Shown here piece by piece: positions 52,558 through 62,713 of a stretch of DNA of 64,000 nucleotides. The translations under genes and the position numbers were made by a program. The stretch is from Vulcanimicrobiota bacterium (GTDB taxonomy: Bacteria > Vulcanimicrobiota > Vulcanimicrobiia > Vulcanimicrobiales > Vulcanimicrobiaceae). Each line of letters begins with the position of its first letter. The first letter of the stretch is position 1. Where the stretch lies: assembly GCA_963723515.1 (NCBI GenBank), contig CAVRQT010000002.1, positions 64,001-128,000 of the forward strand, written 5' to 3'. The notes under the pieces were generated by a model. The model was not told the origin of the DNA. It was given only the letters and a program-made list of their open reading frames with translations, and did no database searches.

Positions 52558-53873
52558 TTCAGGGAAGCTTCAGGCGCAGATGCGGTGATGTCGCGTCCGA
52601 CGATGATCGTGACGTCGTTTTGCGGCGCGGTACTGGTGGGCTCGGTTACGATTGGAACGTTCGCAAATGAGCCGGGCAACGCGGAACGAACCTTCGCGCC
52701 CGCAAGCATCTGCGTCGTGTAGTCGTGGATTTCCGTGTTGTATGCGGCCGGCGCATTGCCGATCGCCTCGATGACGAAGCCCTTGTTTCGCAGGCCGTCG
52801 GCAATCTTGCGCGCCTGTCCCGCGATCCCGGTCGCATTCATCACCGCGACACGCACTGATGAAGGCAGCAGAGCAATCAGCTGTTTGCGCTGCATCGACG
52901 GCGGTGGAGAAGGCGGAAGCAAAAGTGCAGTGACAAGTTTCTTCTTTGCGTCTTCGTCCGGAATCAAGACATTGCCGGCGGTCAGCGTATCTTTGGTATC
53001 CACGTACGGGATTTGCGCCGTTTTCATCATCTTCGGATCGAGATTAAAGAACGCAGCAGCCAACGCCAACATCTCCGTGCTGTTCAAGTCGGTGTCGACG
53101 TTGCGCTGAAAGACTCCGATCAGCGTCCCGGCATGCGTTAGATCGTTGAACTTGTTGTTCTTCAGCTTGTTTACGATGATTCGCAGCACTTGCTGCTGAC
53201 GCGTGATGCGGCATGGGTCGCCGCATGAGTCGTGCCGGAAGCGCGCGTATGACACGGCTTGCTCGCCGTTCATGTGATGGATGCCGGGCTTGAAGTGGAT
53301 GTGCAAATGGCCCCAACTATCGTCGTAGTCCATCGGCTCTTTGACCGGCACATCGATGCCGCCGATCGCATCGACGATCGATTTCGTCGCGTTGATCCGC
53401 AAAACGACGTAGCGATCGAATCCCGGAACGCCGAGAAATTTTCCAATGACGCTCTCGGCTTCCGGAACGCCGCCTTCGGAGAGCGCCTCGTTAATCTTCG
53501 ATTCCGTGCCGTTGGGGAGAATCGTATCCATGTCGCGCGGGACGGAGAGTTCGTTGACGCGATGGTTGATGAGATCCAAGGCGTACACTTGGATTACGTC
53601 GCTGCGCGCTGCTTTCGACGTCTCGTAATCTTGCGGGCTGTAGTCGTAGTCTTTGCCCATCAGCAAGACCAGGATGCGATCTTTTCCGAAGAGCTGGCGC
53701 GGATCGGGCGCTACGGCCTGGGTGAGTGCGGTGAAGAAGTTTTCGTGCCGCGCGACGGCGAGGCCGTAGATCGCCGCACCGGCCGCAATGAGGGCGATCG
53801 AGACGGCGATGGTGATCACCCGCCATACTGAAGACTTGCGCCCCTGCTTTGCCGGCGCGAGATGCTTGCCCAA
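52554..53873 (-). CDS. LCP (LytR-CpsA-Psr) family protein with LytR C-terminal domain
   Basis: TM anchor; RSD, SVPRD, KIN, VDAIGGI, YARFRH and RITRQQ; C-terminal VAVMNATG..G.A and DVTIIVG. Confidence 0.92.
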   Translation of the reverse strand: MGKHLAPAKQGRKSSVWRVITIAVSIALIAAGAAIYGLAVARHENFFTALTQAVAPDPRQLFGKDRILVLLMGKDYDYSPQDYETSKAARSDVIQVYALDLINHRVNELSVPRDMDTILPNGTESKINEALSEGGVPEAESVIGKFLGVPGFDRYVVLRINATKSIVDAIGGIDVPVKEPMDYDDSWGHLHIHFKPGIHHMNGEQAVSYARFRHDSCGDPCRITRQQQVLRIIVNKLKNNKFNDLTHAGTLIGVFQRNVDTDLNSTEMLALAAAFFNLDPKMMKTAQIPYVDTKDTLTAGNVLIPDEDAKKKLVTALLLPPSPPPSMQRKQLIALLPSSVRVAVMNATGIAGQARKIADGLRNKGFVIEAIGNAPAAYNTEIHDYTTQMLAGAKVRSALPGSFANVPIVTEPTSTAPQNDVTIIVGRDITASAPEASLK

Positions 53874-53877
53874 CCTT

Positions 53878-55281
53878 CTAACTCTCCTGAACCGACCTGA
53901 GCATTCGCTGTGTAAGCTGCGGCTGCGCTGCTGTGCCCGCATAGTCGAACGGGCCAGCCCACTCGAGCTTCACATCGACAAAACGTCCAACCGCTGCGTC
54001 TCCCGAGAAGTAAATCCCTCCATCGACACCGGGCGCTTCGCCCATCGACCGGCCGTACCAGAGGGTTGCGCCGCCAAGTTGACGGCGCACCGGATCGGTC
54101 CGACGCAGCCGGCGTTGCTCTTCGGCAAGCACGCGCGCGGTGCTTCCGATGCGCCGCTCGCGCGCTCTTTGCGACGCTCGGCGCTGCGTTTCGCGTAGTT
54201 GGATCAACCGCCGCCGCTTGACGGAAGCTGGAATCTGTCGGGACAACCCAGCGGCGGGCGTACCGTCTTCGCGCGAGTAAGCAAAGAAGCCGACGCGATC
54301 GAGCTCCGCTCTTTCGATCCAAGCCGCTAAATGCTCGACATGCTCCTGCGTTTCACCCGGAAAACCGACGATGAAGGTGCTGCGCATCGTCAGCTCCGGA
54401 ATCCGCGCGCGAAAGTCTTCGATTAACTCCAGATAGCGATCACCGTTCGATGGCCGCTGCATATTTCGCAAGATGTGCGGATGGGTGTGCTGCAGCGGCA
54501 TATCGACATACTTGCAGACCTTCGGCAACGCCGCAATCGCATCGATCAATTCACGATCGACCGTTGCGGGGTAGAGGTAGAGCAAGCGAATCCACTCGAT
54601 TTTTTCGATATCGTGAAGCCGTTCGAGCAATCTGGCGAGGCCGCCCCGGCGGCAGCCGCGGTCGCGACCATACATCGACGTATCTTGGGCAATCAAGATC
54701 AATTCTTTGGCGCCGCCCTCGACGAGCGCCGCCGCCTCTTTGAGAATCGATTCCTCACTGCGGCTTTGAAACGCGCCACGCAATTGTGGAATGATGCAAA
54801 AGGTGCATGGGTGGTCGCAGCCTTCGGCAATCTTTAAATAGGCCGTTGCACGAGGCGTCGTAACCAGGCGCGGCAAGAAGTCGTGCTCCGGAGCTGCGTC
54901 GAGATGCAGCCGAATCGGCCGCTCCCCCGCGCGCACGTCCTCGAGAAGATCGACGATCCCGGCGTAAGCACCGGTACCGACCACTCCGTCGATCTCAGGA
55001 ACGAGCGCCTGAAGCTGCTCGCCAAAGCGTTGCGCTAAGCAACCCGCAACGATCAGTTGCTGGTCATTTCGTTTTCGCGCGGCGACCTCCAAGATCGTCT
55101 CCGTAGACTCTGCTTTTGCGGCATCGATGAACGCGCAGGTGTTGATGATGATTGCGTCCGCATCATCGTCGTCGGAGGTCAGCGCCCAATTTGCGCCCGC
55201 CAGCTGGGCCGCCATCACCTCGGTGTCGACGAGATTCTTCGCGCAGCCGAGGCTGACAAAACGAACCTTCGACTGCTTCAC
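53878..55281 (-). CDS. rimO: Ribosomal protein S12 methylthiotransferase
   Basis: SLGCAKNLVD, NTCAFI, YLKIAEGCDHPCTFC, FIVGFPGET and APGVDG. Confidence 0.95.
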   Translation of the reverse strand: MKQSKVRFVSLGCAKNLVDTEVMAAQLAGANWALTSDDDDADAIIINTCAFIDAAKAESTETILEVAARKRNDQQLIVAGCLAQRFGEQLQALVPEIDGVVGTGAYAGIVDLLEDVRAGERPIRLHLDAAPEHDFLPRLVTTPRATAYLKIAEGCDHPCTFCIIPQLRGAFQSRSEESILKEAAALVEGGAKELILIAQDTSMYGRDRGCRRGGLARLLERLHDIEKIEWIRLLYLYPATVDRELIDAIAALPKVCKYVDMPLQHTHPHILRNMQRPSNGDRYLELIEDFRARIPELTMRSTFIVGFPGETQEHVEHLAAWIERAELDRVGFFAYSREDGTPAAGLSRQIPASVKRRRLIQLRETQRRASQRARERRIGSTARVLAEEQRRLRRTDPVRRQLGGATLWYGRSMGEAPGVDGGIYFSGDAAVGRFVDVKLEWAGPFDYAGTAAQPQLTQRMLRSVQES

Positions 55282-55766
55282 CGGTAGTTGACGAACTGTA
55301 GCGGCAGCTCGAAGTCGAGCGCGCGTAAGGTTTGCTGGGCCTTTTGAAGATCGTCTTTGCTCTTCGACGAAACGCGGATCTGCTCGCCCTGGATTTGTGC
55401 GTTCACTTTGAGTTTAGTCGCCTTGATTGCCTCGATCAGCGGCTTACTCTTTTCCTTCGGTATGCCGCTGCGCATCGTAATGACGCGCCGCACGGTGTTC
55501 TGCGCCGCGGGCTCATCACTTCCCCACTCGAAGGCTTTGATCGAGACACCGCGCCGCACCAGTTTGCCCTGCACGATGTCGATGACATTGCGCATCTTGA
55601 GCTCATCATCGGAGACGATCGTAATTTCTTTGTCGGTGTCTTCTATGCTGGTCTTCGAATTCTTGAAATCGAATCGGCCCGCAATTTCTTTGCGAGCTTG
55701 ATTGAGCGCATTATCGAGCTCCTGTTGATCGATCTTCGAGATAACATCGAATGAGTATTCAGGCAA
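55278..55766 (-). CDS. yajQ: YajQ-family nucleotide/c-di-GMP-binding protein
   Basis: SFDVISKID, RFDFK, QIQGEQIRVS and LQFVNYR; AGGAG RBS before TTG. Confidence 0.95.
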   Translation of the reverse strand: MPEYSFDVISKIDQQELDNALNQARKEIAGRFDFKNSKTSIEDTDKEITIVSDDELKMRNVIDIVQGKLVRRGVSIKAFEWGSDEPAAQNTVRRVITMRSGIPKEKSKPLIEAIKATKLKVNAQIQGEQIRVSSKSKDDLQKAQQTLRALDFELPLQFVNYR

Positions 55767-55823
55767 AGTGGCTCCTAATACCGAAGAGCGGCATGACTGC
55801 AAAGCTATGATTGAGACGGTGCA

Positions 55824-56528
55824 CTAGAGGATAAAGTTGCGCTCGACGACGTCACCAGGACCGCCGAGCTTTCCCACCGGTTTTCCGTCGACTGCAAGAT
55901 CGACCCCGCCGGCATTTCCAATCCTCACCAATGCCGCACGTCCATGAAACGATTTCGCAGTACCGGCCGGAAAAGTACCTTCCATACTAACATTTCCGTC
56001 AATTGTGACGCGCACCCATGCGGGTGCTGAGATCCGCAAGGTCAGGGTGTTCGGCTGCCGTTGCGGCGTGGGCGACGCTGACGGGGCCGGAATACCGCTT
56101 TGCGACGCAGTCGGCAGAGGTGCGACGGCGACGTTTCGGATAGGGGTGTTACGGCGGAGCGTAGCGGCATTGTAGATGACAAATGCGATCAGGAAAATCG
56201 CAACCGCGCCCGCAATCCAGATCAACGGAGAGAGACCGCGGGGCGCTCGCTCCGCCGATTCAGCGGCATCTTCTCGCGTCGCCGGGATCGGCGTTGCGGG
56301 GAGAGTTCGATTGAATTCGGCAACCGCTTCTTCCGGATCGAGGGCGAGAAAGCGCGCATACGTCCGCAGGAATCCGCGAACATAGACCGGCGCGCCGATG
56401 GCGCGCCAGTTCTCCGCCTCGATTTCGGCGAGATAGACCGCTCGAATATGGATTTCTTCGGCGACCTCCGACAGCGAGAGGCTACGCGCTTCGCGCGCCG
56501 CCCGAAATTTTGCGCCGACGGGAGGCAT
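55824..56528 (-). CDS. rodZ: RodZ-like HTH-TM-DUF4115 protein
   Basis: N-terminal HTH with [15 protein letters not shown] helix, C-terminal [11 protein letters not shown]. Confidence 0.9.
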   Translation of the reverse strand: MPPVGAKFRAAREARSLSLSEVAEEIHIRAVYLAEIEAENWRAIGAPVYVRGFLRTYARFLALDPEEAVAEFNRTLPATPIPATREDAAESAERAPRGLSPLIWIAGAVAIFLIAFVIYNAATLRRNTPIRNVAVAPLPTASQSGIPAPSASPTPQRQPNTLTLRISAPAWVRVTIDGNVSMEGTFPAGTAKSFHGRAALVRIGNAGGVDLAVDGKPVGKLGGPGDVVERNFIL

Positions 56529-56574
56529 GGATTTTGAGTTTGCGTCTCTACCCTGTTATCCTGTTCTCGTTATC

Positions 56575-57657
56575 GTGAGAAATCAACGCGTCATCGCTGC
56601 AATGAGCGGCGGAGTTGATTCCGCCGTTGCAGCCGGCTTGCTGCACGAAGCGGGATACGACGTCATCGGCGTCACGATGAAGATGTATTCGCCGAAGAAA
56701 GCGCCGCATGCGCGCTCGTGTTGCGGCAGCGACGACTTTGACGACGCACGCCGAAGCGCTGCAATGTTGGACATCCCGCACTACGTCTTGGATTTCGAAG
56801 ACGTATTTCGCCGAGGCGTGATCGAACGGTTCGTTGATGACTACTCGCACGGCCGTACGCCGAACCCATGCGTATCCTGTAACAACTTCGTCAAGCTTGG
56901 TACTCTGCGGACTTATGCCAAACAGCTCGGGGCGCGTTACATTGCGACCGGACACTATGCGCGCTTAGAACACGGTCGCGATGGTCCGCATCTCTACCGC
57001 GGGACACGTCTGAAAGATCAGGCGTATGCGCTCGCTCAATTGACGCCTGCTCAACTCGAGATGCTCTTGCTGCCGCTCGGCGCGTTAGACAAAGACACAA
57101 CACGCGCGCATGCGCGCCGGTTGGGCTTACCCGTTCATGACAAGATCGAGTCGCAAGATATTTGCTTTGTCGAAGGCGCCGATTATCGCGACATCCTCGC
57201 GAAATTTCGCCCCGATGCCGTCCGCGAAGGTGCCTTCGTAACGCCAAACGGCGAAGTTGTCGGAAGACACAGCGGCGTCGCAAATTTCACGATTGGACAA
57301 CGCCGCGGTTTGCCAAGCACATCGAGCGGCCCGCATTATGTCACGCAAATCGATAGCGCGAGCAACACAATTGTCATCGGTCGCGAAGATGAATTGTTTG
57401 CGAACCAGCTCTACGCTAACGAAGTGAACCTCATCCGGCCGGAACGGTTCGCGACGGGCTCTCAGACAGCGGTGCGCGCAATGGTCCGCTATCGCGCCGA
57501 GGCAGCGCCCGCGCTCGCGGTCGTCAACGCGAATGGGATGCTGCATCTGCGGTTTGACCGGCCGCAGCGCGCCGTTTCACCGGGCCAGCTGGTGGCACTC
57601 TTTGACGCTGACGGCGACGAAGTGCTCGGCGCGGCAACGATCTCCCAAGCGGCCTAA
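56575..57657 (+). CDS. mnmA: tRNA 2-thiouridylase
   Basis: [40 protein letters not shown] and PGQ. Confidence 0.96.
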   Translation: MRNQRVIAAMSGGVDSAVAAGLLHEAGYDVIGVTMKMYSPKKAPHARSCCGSDDFDDARRSAAMLDIPHYVLDFEDVFRRGVIERFVDDYSHGRTPNPCVSCNNFVKLGTLRTYAKQLGARYIATGHYARLEHGRDGPHLYRGTRLKDQAYALAQLTPAQLEMLLLPLGALDKDTTRAHARRLGLPVHDKIESQDICFVEGADYRDILAKFRPDAVREGAFVTPNGEVVGRHSGVANFTIGQRRGLPSTSSGPHYVTQIDSASNTIVIGREDELFANQLYANEVNLIRPERFATGSQTAVRAMVRYRAEAAPALAVVNANGMLHLRFDRPQRAVSPGQLVALFDADGDEVLGAATISQAA

Positions 57658-57690
57658 ATTGATCGGGTTTGCGCGCAGGAGAGCGGCTTA

Positions 57691-58959
57691 GTGGACCACC
57701 GGCGGATTGTAGTCGCTGCGTTGCGGCTACTCTTCGGCGAACGGTGTGCGCGGGATTTCTCGGTACGGCTTTGGGACGGTACGACGTTGCCTGCGACCCG
57801 AGCAGCGCGTTTTACTATGTTGATCAACGAGCCCGGGGCGCTTCGAGTCGCGTTCAGGCCGCCGATCGATCTCAATGCGGGCCGTGCCTTCGTCTGCGGA
57901 CTCCTCGATTGCGAAGGCGACATCGAAGCCGGCATCGCCGAGCTTCAAACTGCTGCCGAGCGCTTTCCTAAACGGAAATTGCCGCAACTCTATGCGCTGC
58001 TGCTTAGGCTGCCGAAAGCGCAACCTCACGAACTGCGCGAGGCGCGTCTGGGTGGCCCGCTACACTCCATCAGTCGCGACCGCGCCGCCGTCGCATTCCA
58101 CTACGACCAACCCGTCGCATTTTATCGCGCGTTTTTGGATCGCGAACTCGTCTACTCGTGCGCGTATTTTGACGATGATATCACCTCGCTCGACGAGGCC
58201 CAAATTGCGAAGATCGACTATACGCTGCAGAAGCTCCGCCTGCGCGGGGGTGAGAAGCTGCTCGACATCGGTTGCGGCTGGGGAGCACTCGTGATTCGCG
58301 CGGTACAGAAATTCGGCGCTCGTGCGCTCGGAGTCACGCTGAGCACACGCCAGCACGCGGAAGCCAATCGCCGTATCACTGAATTGGGCCTCGCAGATCG
58401 AGCCGCTGTCGAGCTGCGTGACTACCGAGAAGTCACCGGGACCTTCGATAAGGTTGTGAGCCTCGGGATGTTCGAGCACGTCGGGCGAGCCAAACTCGCC
58501 CGCTACTTTAGCGCGGCCTTCGAAAGGTTGCGGCCGGGCGGGCTCTTTTTGAACCACGGAATCGCCGAACAAACCCCAAGGCGAACGGGCGGAAGGGCAC
58601 GCGGTTTCATGGCGCGTTTCATCTTTCCCGACGGCGAGCTTGTCGCGGTATCTGATGCGCTGCAGATCGCCGAACGGGTGGGCTTTGAAGTGCGCGACGT
58701 CGAGAACTTGCGCGAGCATTACGTTCGAACGCTGCGCTGCTGGGTGCAGAATATCGAACGCAACTACGATGCCGTCCTCGCCAGCGCCGGAGTAGCGTCA
58801 TACCGCGCTTGGCGCCTCTACATGGCAGGTAGCGCACGCGGTTTTTCCGTGGGCCGCCTGGGGTTATTTCAAGCCTTGCTCGCTAAACCGACCGCTGCCG
58901 GCAGCGTCTCTATCCCGGCGACGCGGCGCGATCTTTACAAAAGCGCGCCCGCCGTTTAG
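57691..58959 (+). CDS. cfa: Cyclopropane-fatty-acyl-phospholipid synthase family methyltransferase
   Basis: HYD, YSCAYF, LLDIGCGWG, GMFEHVG, IFPDGEL and HYVRTL. Confidence 0.92.
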   Translation: MDHRRIVVAALRLLFGERCARDFSVRLWDGTTLPATRAARFTMLINEPGALRVAFRPPIDLNAGRAFVCGLLDCEGDIEAGIAELQTAAERFPKRKLPQLYALLLRLPKAQPHELREARLGGPLHSISRDRAAVAFHYDQPVAFYRAFLDRELVYSCAYFDDDITSLDEAQIAKIDYTLQKLRLRGGEKLLDIGCGWGALVIRAVQKFGARALGVTLSTRQHAEANRRITELGLADRAAVELRDYREVTGTFDKVVSLGMFEHVGRAKLARYFSAAFERLRPGGLFLNHGIAEQTPRRTGGRARGFMARFIFPDGELVAVSDALQIAERVGFEVRDVENLREHYVRTLRCWVQNIERNYDAVLASAGVASYRAWRLYMAGSARGFSVGRLGLFQALLAKPTAAGSVSIPATRRDLYKSAPAV

Positions 58960-58981
58960 CGTCGTTGCCCGGCGGCGCTTC

Positions 58982-60067
58982 TTACCCGGCGGTTGCGAGC
59001 GCAACGTCGTCGCGCAAGTTCCAGTACGTGTCGCGGATAACGGGCCGGAAGCCGGCGTCGATGATGAGCTCTTCCAGTTGTTTGCGGGTCGCCTCGTTCG
59101 TCGAGCCGGCATCATGGACCACCTGCTCCTCGATGATCGTGCCGCCCATGTCGTCGCAGCCGTAAAAGAGCGCCAATTGCCCTAACTTCACTCCAGGCGT
59201 CAGCCACGACGCCTGCAAATGCGCAAAGTTGTCGAGGTAAAGACGAGAGATCGCCAGCATGCGCAGATAATCGAGACCGCTTGCTTCCCGGCCGCGTAAC
59301 GGCGTTTTGAACGGCACGTAATACCACGGGATGAAGGCGGTGAAGCCGCCGGTCTCATCTTGGAGGTCGCGCAACACCGCCAAATGTTCAATGCGCTCTT
59401 CGTGCGTTTCGATCGACCCGAACATCATCGTTGCGGTCGTCGGCATGCCGAGCCGCTGCGCTTCGCGCATCACGCCGAGCCACTCATGCGGCTTGACCTT
59501 GCGCGCGCTGATGCGCTTGCGCACGCGCTCGACTAAAATCTCCGCGCCGGCGCCAGGCAACGATTTCATGCCGGCTTGCTTCAGGCGCACGAGCACTTCG
59601 CGCGTCGTCATCTCCTCAATGTGCGCGAGTCCGACGATCTCCGAAACGCTGAGCGAGTGGATGTCTGCGTGCGGATATTCGCGGTGGACGCGCTCGAAGA
59701 GTCGCTCGAACCACTCGAGCCGGAGCGCCGGGTTGACGCCGCCTTGAATCATGATCTGCGTCGCGCCCTGGTCCGCCGCGAACTTGACACGCTCCAGCAC
59801 CTGATCGTGCGTCATCGTTTCGCCTTCCGCATGGCCTTCCGGCCGGAAGAAGGCGCAAAAGGTGCAGTGGACGTTGCAGACATTGGTGTAGTTGATCGTC
59901 GTGTCGATCACATAGGTGACGCGGTCGGCGGGGTGCATTTGCAGGCGGCGCGAGTGCGCCGCAGCACCGAGCTCGTGGAGCGGTGCTTCCTTATATATAC
60001 GCACTCCCTGCTCGAACGAAAGACGGTCACCGGCGGCGGCCGCATCCAAGAGATCAGCGAGCGACAC
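58982..60067 (-). CDS. mqnC: Cyclic dehypoxanthine futalosine synthase
   Basis: NYTNVCNVHCTFCAF, QGG, LPGAGAEIL, TATMMFG, FTAFIPW, QASW and DMGGTIIEEQV. Confidence 0.9.
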   Translation of the reverse strand: MSLADLLDAAAAGDRLSFEQGVRIYKEAPLHELGAAAHSRRLQMHPADRVTYVIDTTINYTNVCNVHCTFCAFFRPEGHAEGETMTHDQVLERVKFAADQGATQIMIQGGVNPALRLEWFERLFERVHREYPHADIHSLSVSEIVGLAHIEEMTTREVLVRLKQAGMKSLPGAGAEILVERVRKRISARKVKPHEWLGVMREAQRLGMPTTATMMFGSIETHEERIEHLAVLRDLQDETGGFTAFIPWYYVPFKTPLRGREASGLDYLRMLAISRLYLDNFAHLQASWLTPGVKLGQLALFYGCDDMGGTIIEEQVVHDAGSTNEATRKQLEELIIDAGFRPVIRDTYWNLRDDVALATAG

Positions 60068-60888
60068 TGGCTACCTCTTCGCCAATGTCCGGCACCCGTT
60101 CGATCTCGCCCATCGCCTGGAGCTCGGTCCAATACCGCATCAGGCCGCGCGCGCGCACTCCTGTCCAGCTTAAATTTCAACGCATCATAGTAGAAGTCGT
60201 AGAAGCCGTCCGGCCGCGGCCGTATCCGCTGCGCCGCGGCGGCGACGCGCTCGAGGTTGGCGAGTCCCCAATCGCGTGCTCGGAGAAGCGCGTTCAAGCA
60301 ATCGTTGACCTCGTGCGATCGCGTTTCACAGACGTCCCTGCGCGCAGCCCAAACCGCGAAGACGCTCTCCTCACCGGTCCAGTCTCGCCATAGACGGCCG
60401 AGATCGTAGACGTTCTCCGCTTCAAAGATGAAGCGTGCATCGATCGCACTATCGCCGATCAGCAACGCCGGCTTACCCGCCCGAGCCGCGTTGAGCGGTC
60501 CATGCGTTCGCCGATACGTCGCTCGAACGCCGTAGTGTCGCAGGAGCAAGATGCGCAACAATCCCACCGCGCTGGCCGATTCATCGGTGAGCGCTATCGT
60601 TGCGCCGTCCAGCCCCGATGGGGGCGTCGGGGAGACGAGCACAACAGAGATCACATCATCTCGCGCACCGATGCAGAGTTCCGGAAGCATGACCAGCTCA
60701 TCCGCATGCTTCGCGAGCGCAAATGCGCTGATTGGGCTGAAATCTAGCTTGCCCTCAAGCAGCATCGCGTTCAATTTCGAAGGTACGTCGCTGTGCAGCG
60801 TCCCGGGATAAGCGAGAACGCCCTCATCGAACGCCGCGTAGATCGCGAGATCGTTCGTGTAGGCGATGCGCCCGCAGCGCAACGGCAT
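60054..60888 (-). CDS. mqnA: Chorismate dehydratase; frameshift near 60150
   Basis: GRIAYTN, VPSKLN, V.SV, SASA..L, LLIGD and DLG..W...TG...VFAVW; lies between mqnE and mqnC. Confidence 0.88.
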
Positions 60889-62024
60889 TATATTAGGGCC
60901 ATCTCAGCTTCAGGCTTCCAATCGAACGCAAACTCCTCGTAGGTAGAATTGCGCCGCACCGGCTCATATCCGGCTTCTTCGATCAACCGGCGAAACTCGC
61001 GATCGTCGACATATTGTCCCGACTGCGTGCCTGCACTGTGGTAAATGCGCTCCTCATCGGTGCTGCCGTGGGTGCCGTCCATATCATCGGCACCGAAATC
61101 GAGCGCGACTTGGCAGACCTTCAGGCCTTGAATCATCCAGTACGCCTTGATGTGGTCGAAGTTGTGCAACATCAATCGCCCAACCGCAAACATCCGGATA
61201 TCATCCAAACCGGTCGTCCATCCGCAGTAACTCAGTTCGTTGCCGTCCGGGTGAAACGCCAGTGGAATGAACGCATTGTATCCCGGTGAGCGCGCTTGGC
61301 TTTCACGCAGCCGCACGAGGTGATCGAGCCGCTCCTCGAGCGTCTCGATCGTGCCGTAGAGCAGCGTTGCATTTGAGGCGATGCCTTGGCGATGCGCCTC
61401 TTCATGAATTTCAAGCCACTGTTCGGCCGTGACCTTATTCGGACAGATCTGTTTGCGAACGCGCTCGGCAAAGACTTCCGCTCCGCCGCCGTTGATGTTA
61501 TCCAGGCCGGCGGCGCGCAACTCGGCGAGCAATACTGCATACGTCGCCCGATGACGGCGCGCCATGTAGTCGATTTCAGCGGCGGTGAACAGCGAAAGCT
61601 GAACGTGCGGCAGCTTCTCTTTAAACCGGCGCATCAGCGGCAGCCAATAGTCGAGCGAAAGCTGACGCGGATCGTGGCCGCCGACGATATGAAGCTGATT
61701 GAAGTTGGTACCGGTTTCGAGCGCTTTGGCCATCACTTCGTCCGCCGACATCCGGATCGCCCTCTTGGCTTCTTTGAATTCATCCGCCGCAAAAGAGCAA
61801 AACCGGCAGCCGGCATAGCAGACGTTTGTTGAATTGATGTAACGGTTCAGGACGTAGAAAACTTTTCGTCCGCTCTTTCGCAATTTCGCTTCGCGCGCTA
61901 GTCGGCCGAGCGTATGAAGATCCGCCGTCCGCAAAAGCGTGAGCCCGTCTTCGATTGAAAGCGGGATGCCTTCTTCGACTTTATGTTCGATCGGCAGCAG
62001 CGCGCCATCCGCAATCACAGCCAT
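60888..62024 (-). CDS. mqnE: Aminofutalosine synthase
   Basis: NSTNVCYAGCRFCSF, HIVGG, GGGAEVF, SNATLLYG, FIPLAFHP, HIKAYW, FGADDMDGT and ERIYHSAG. Confidence 0.9.
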   Translation of the reverse strand: MAVIADGALLPIEHKVEEGIPLSIEDGLTLLRTADLHTLGRLAREAKLRKSGRKVFYVLNRYINSTNVCYAGCRFCSFAADEFKEAKRAIRMSADEVMAKALETGTNFNQLHIVGGHDPRQLSLDYWLPLMRRFKEKLPHVQLSLFTAAEIDYMARRHRATYAVLLAELRAAGLDNINGGGAEVFAERVRKQICPNKVTAEQWLEIHEEAHRQGIASNATLLYGTIETLEERLDHLVRLRESQARSPGYNAFIPLAFHPDGNELSYCGWTTGLDDIRMFAVGRLMLHNFDHIKAYWMIQGLKVCQVALDFGADDMDGTHGSTDEERIYHSAGTQSGQYVDDREFRRLIEEAGYEPVRRNSTYEEFAFDWKPEAEMALI

Positions 62025-62053
62025 GGCGCCCTACCTTTAGAGAGAGTGCGCCT

Positions 62054-62713
62054 TCAGTCCCCGAGGAAGCCGGGGAAAAGCTCGATCCGCAGCACGAGAC
62101 AGAGTGCCAGCGCGAGGTTGATCGCGGTGAATCCGAGTAAGAAGCCGCCCGCGAGATCGCTCGGATAATGCGCGCCCAAGGCAAGCCGCGCCCAGTAGAT
62201 CGCCGCGACCAAGAGCGCAAGCGCGCAGGCGAAGATCGCGCGCGCCTTCCCCGTCAGGTCACTCTGTAAGATAAGCCAGAACCAAAAACCGTAGAAAGCG
62301 ACGGCGAGCGTCGCGTGCGTGCTGGGATAAGACGCCGCCGTTTCGTGTTTGACGACCCATGCGAGCGGCCGCGCGCGCATGAACGTGCGCTGAAAGAGAT
62401 CCGAAGCGCCCCACGCGACCAACAGCGTCACGATCGTCACCGCGACGCGAGCGCGCCAAGCCGGAAAGACAAGCGCCGCGATGACCAGCACCAAGCACAA
62501 CGGCATGAGCCAGTAGCCGTAGAGCGTCCATGTGAGAATCCACGCGATGAGATCGCTGTGCCCGACCAAGGCTTGGGCCGCACGATCGAAATCAACCGGC
62601 GGACGATGCGAGACGAGCATTCCGAGAGTTAGGAAGAGCGCGTAAGCAATGATCGCGCTGATTAAGGGGCGCGCCGCAGCGCGTGCGATCGGTCCGCTAG
62701 GAGCCGGTCGCAA
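62054..62713 (-). CDS. PAP2-family membrane phosphatase (start uncertain)
   Basis: R.RP, SYPSTH and RLALGAHYPSDLAGG. Confidence 0.9.
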   Translation of the reverse strand: MRPAPSGPIARAAARPLISAIIAYALFLTLGMLVSHRPPVDFDRAAQALVGHSDLIAWILTWTLYGYWLMPLCLVLVIAALVFPAWRARVAVTIVTLLVAWGASDLFQRTFMRARPLAWVVKHETAASYPSTHATLAVAFYGFWFWLILQSDLTGKARAIFACALALLVAAIYWARLALGAHYPSDLAGGFLLGFTAINLALALCLVLRIELFPGFLGD

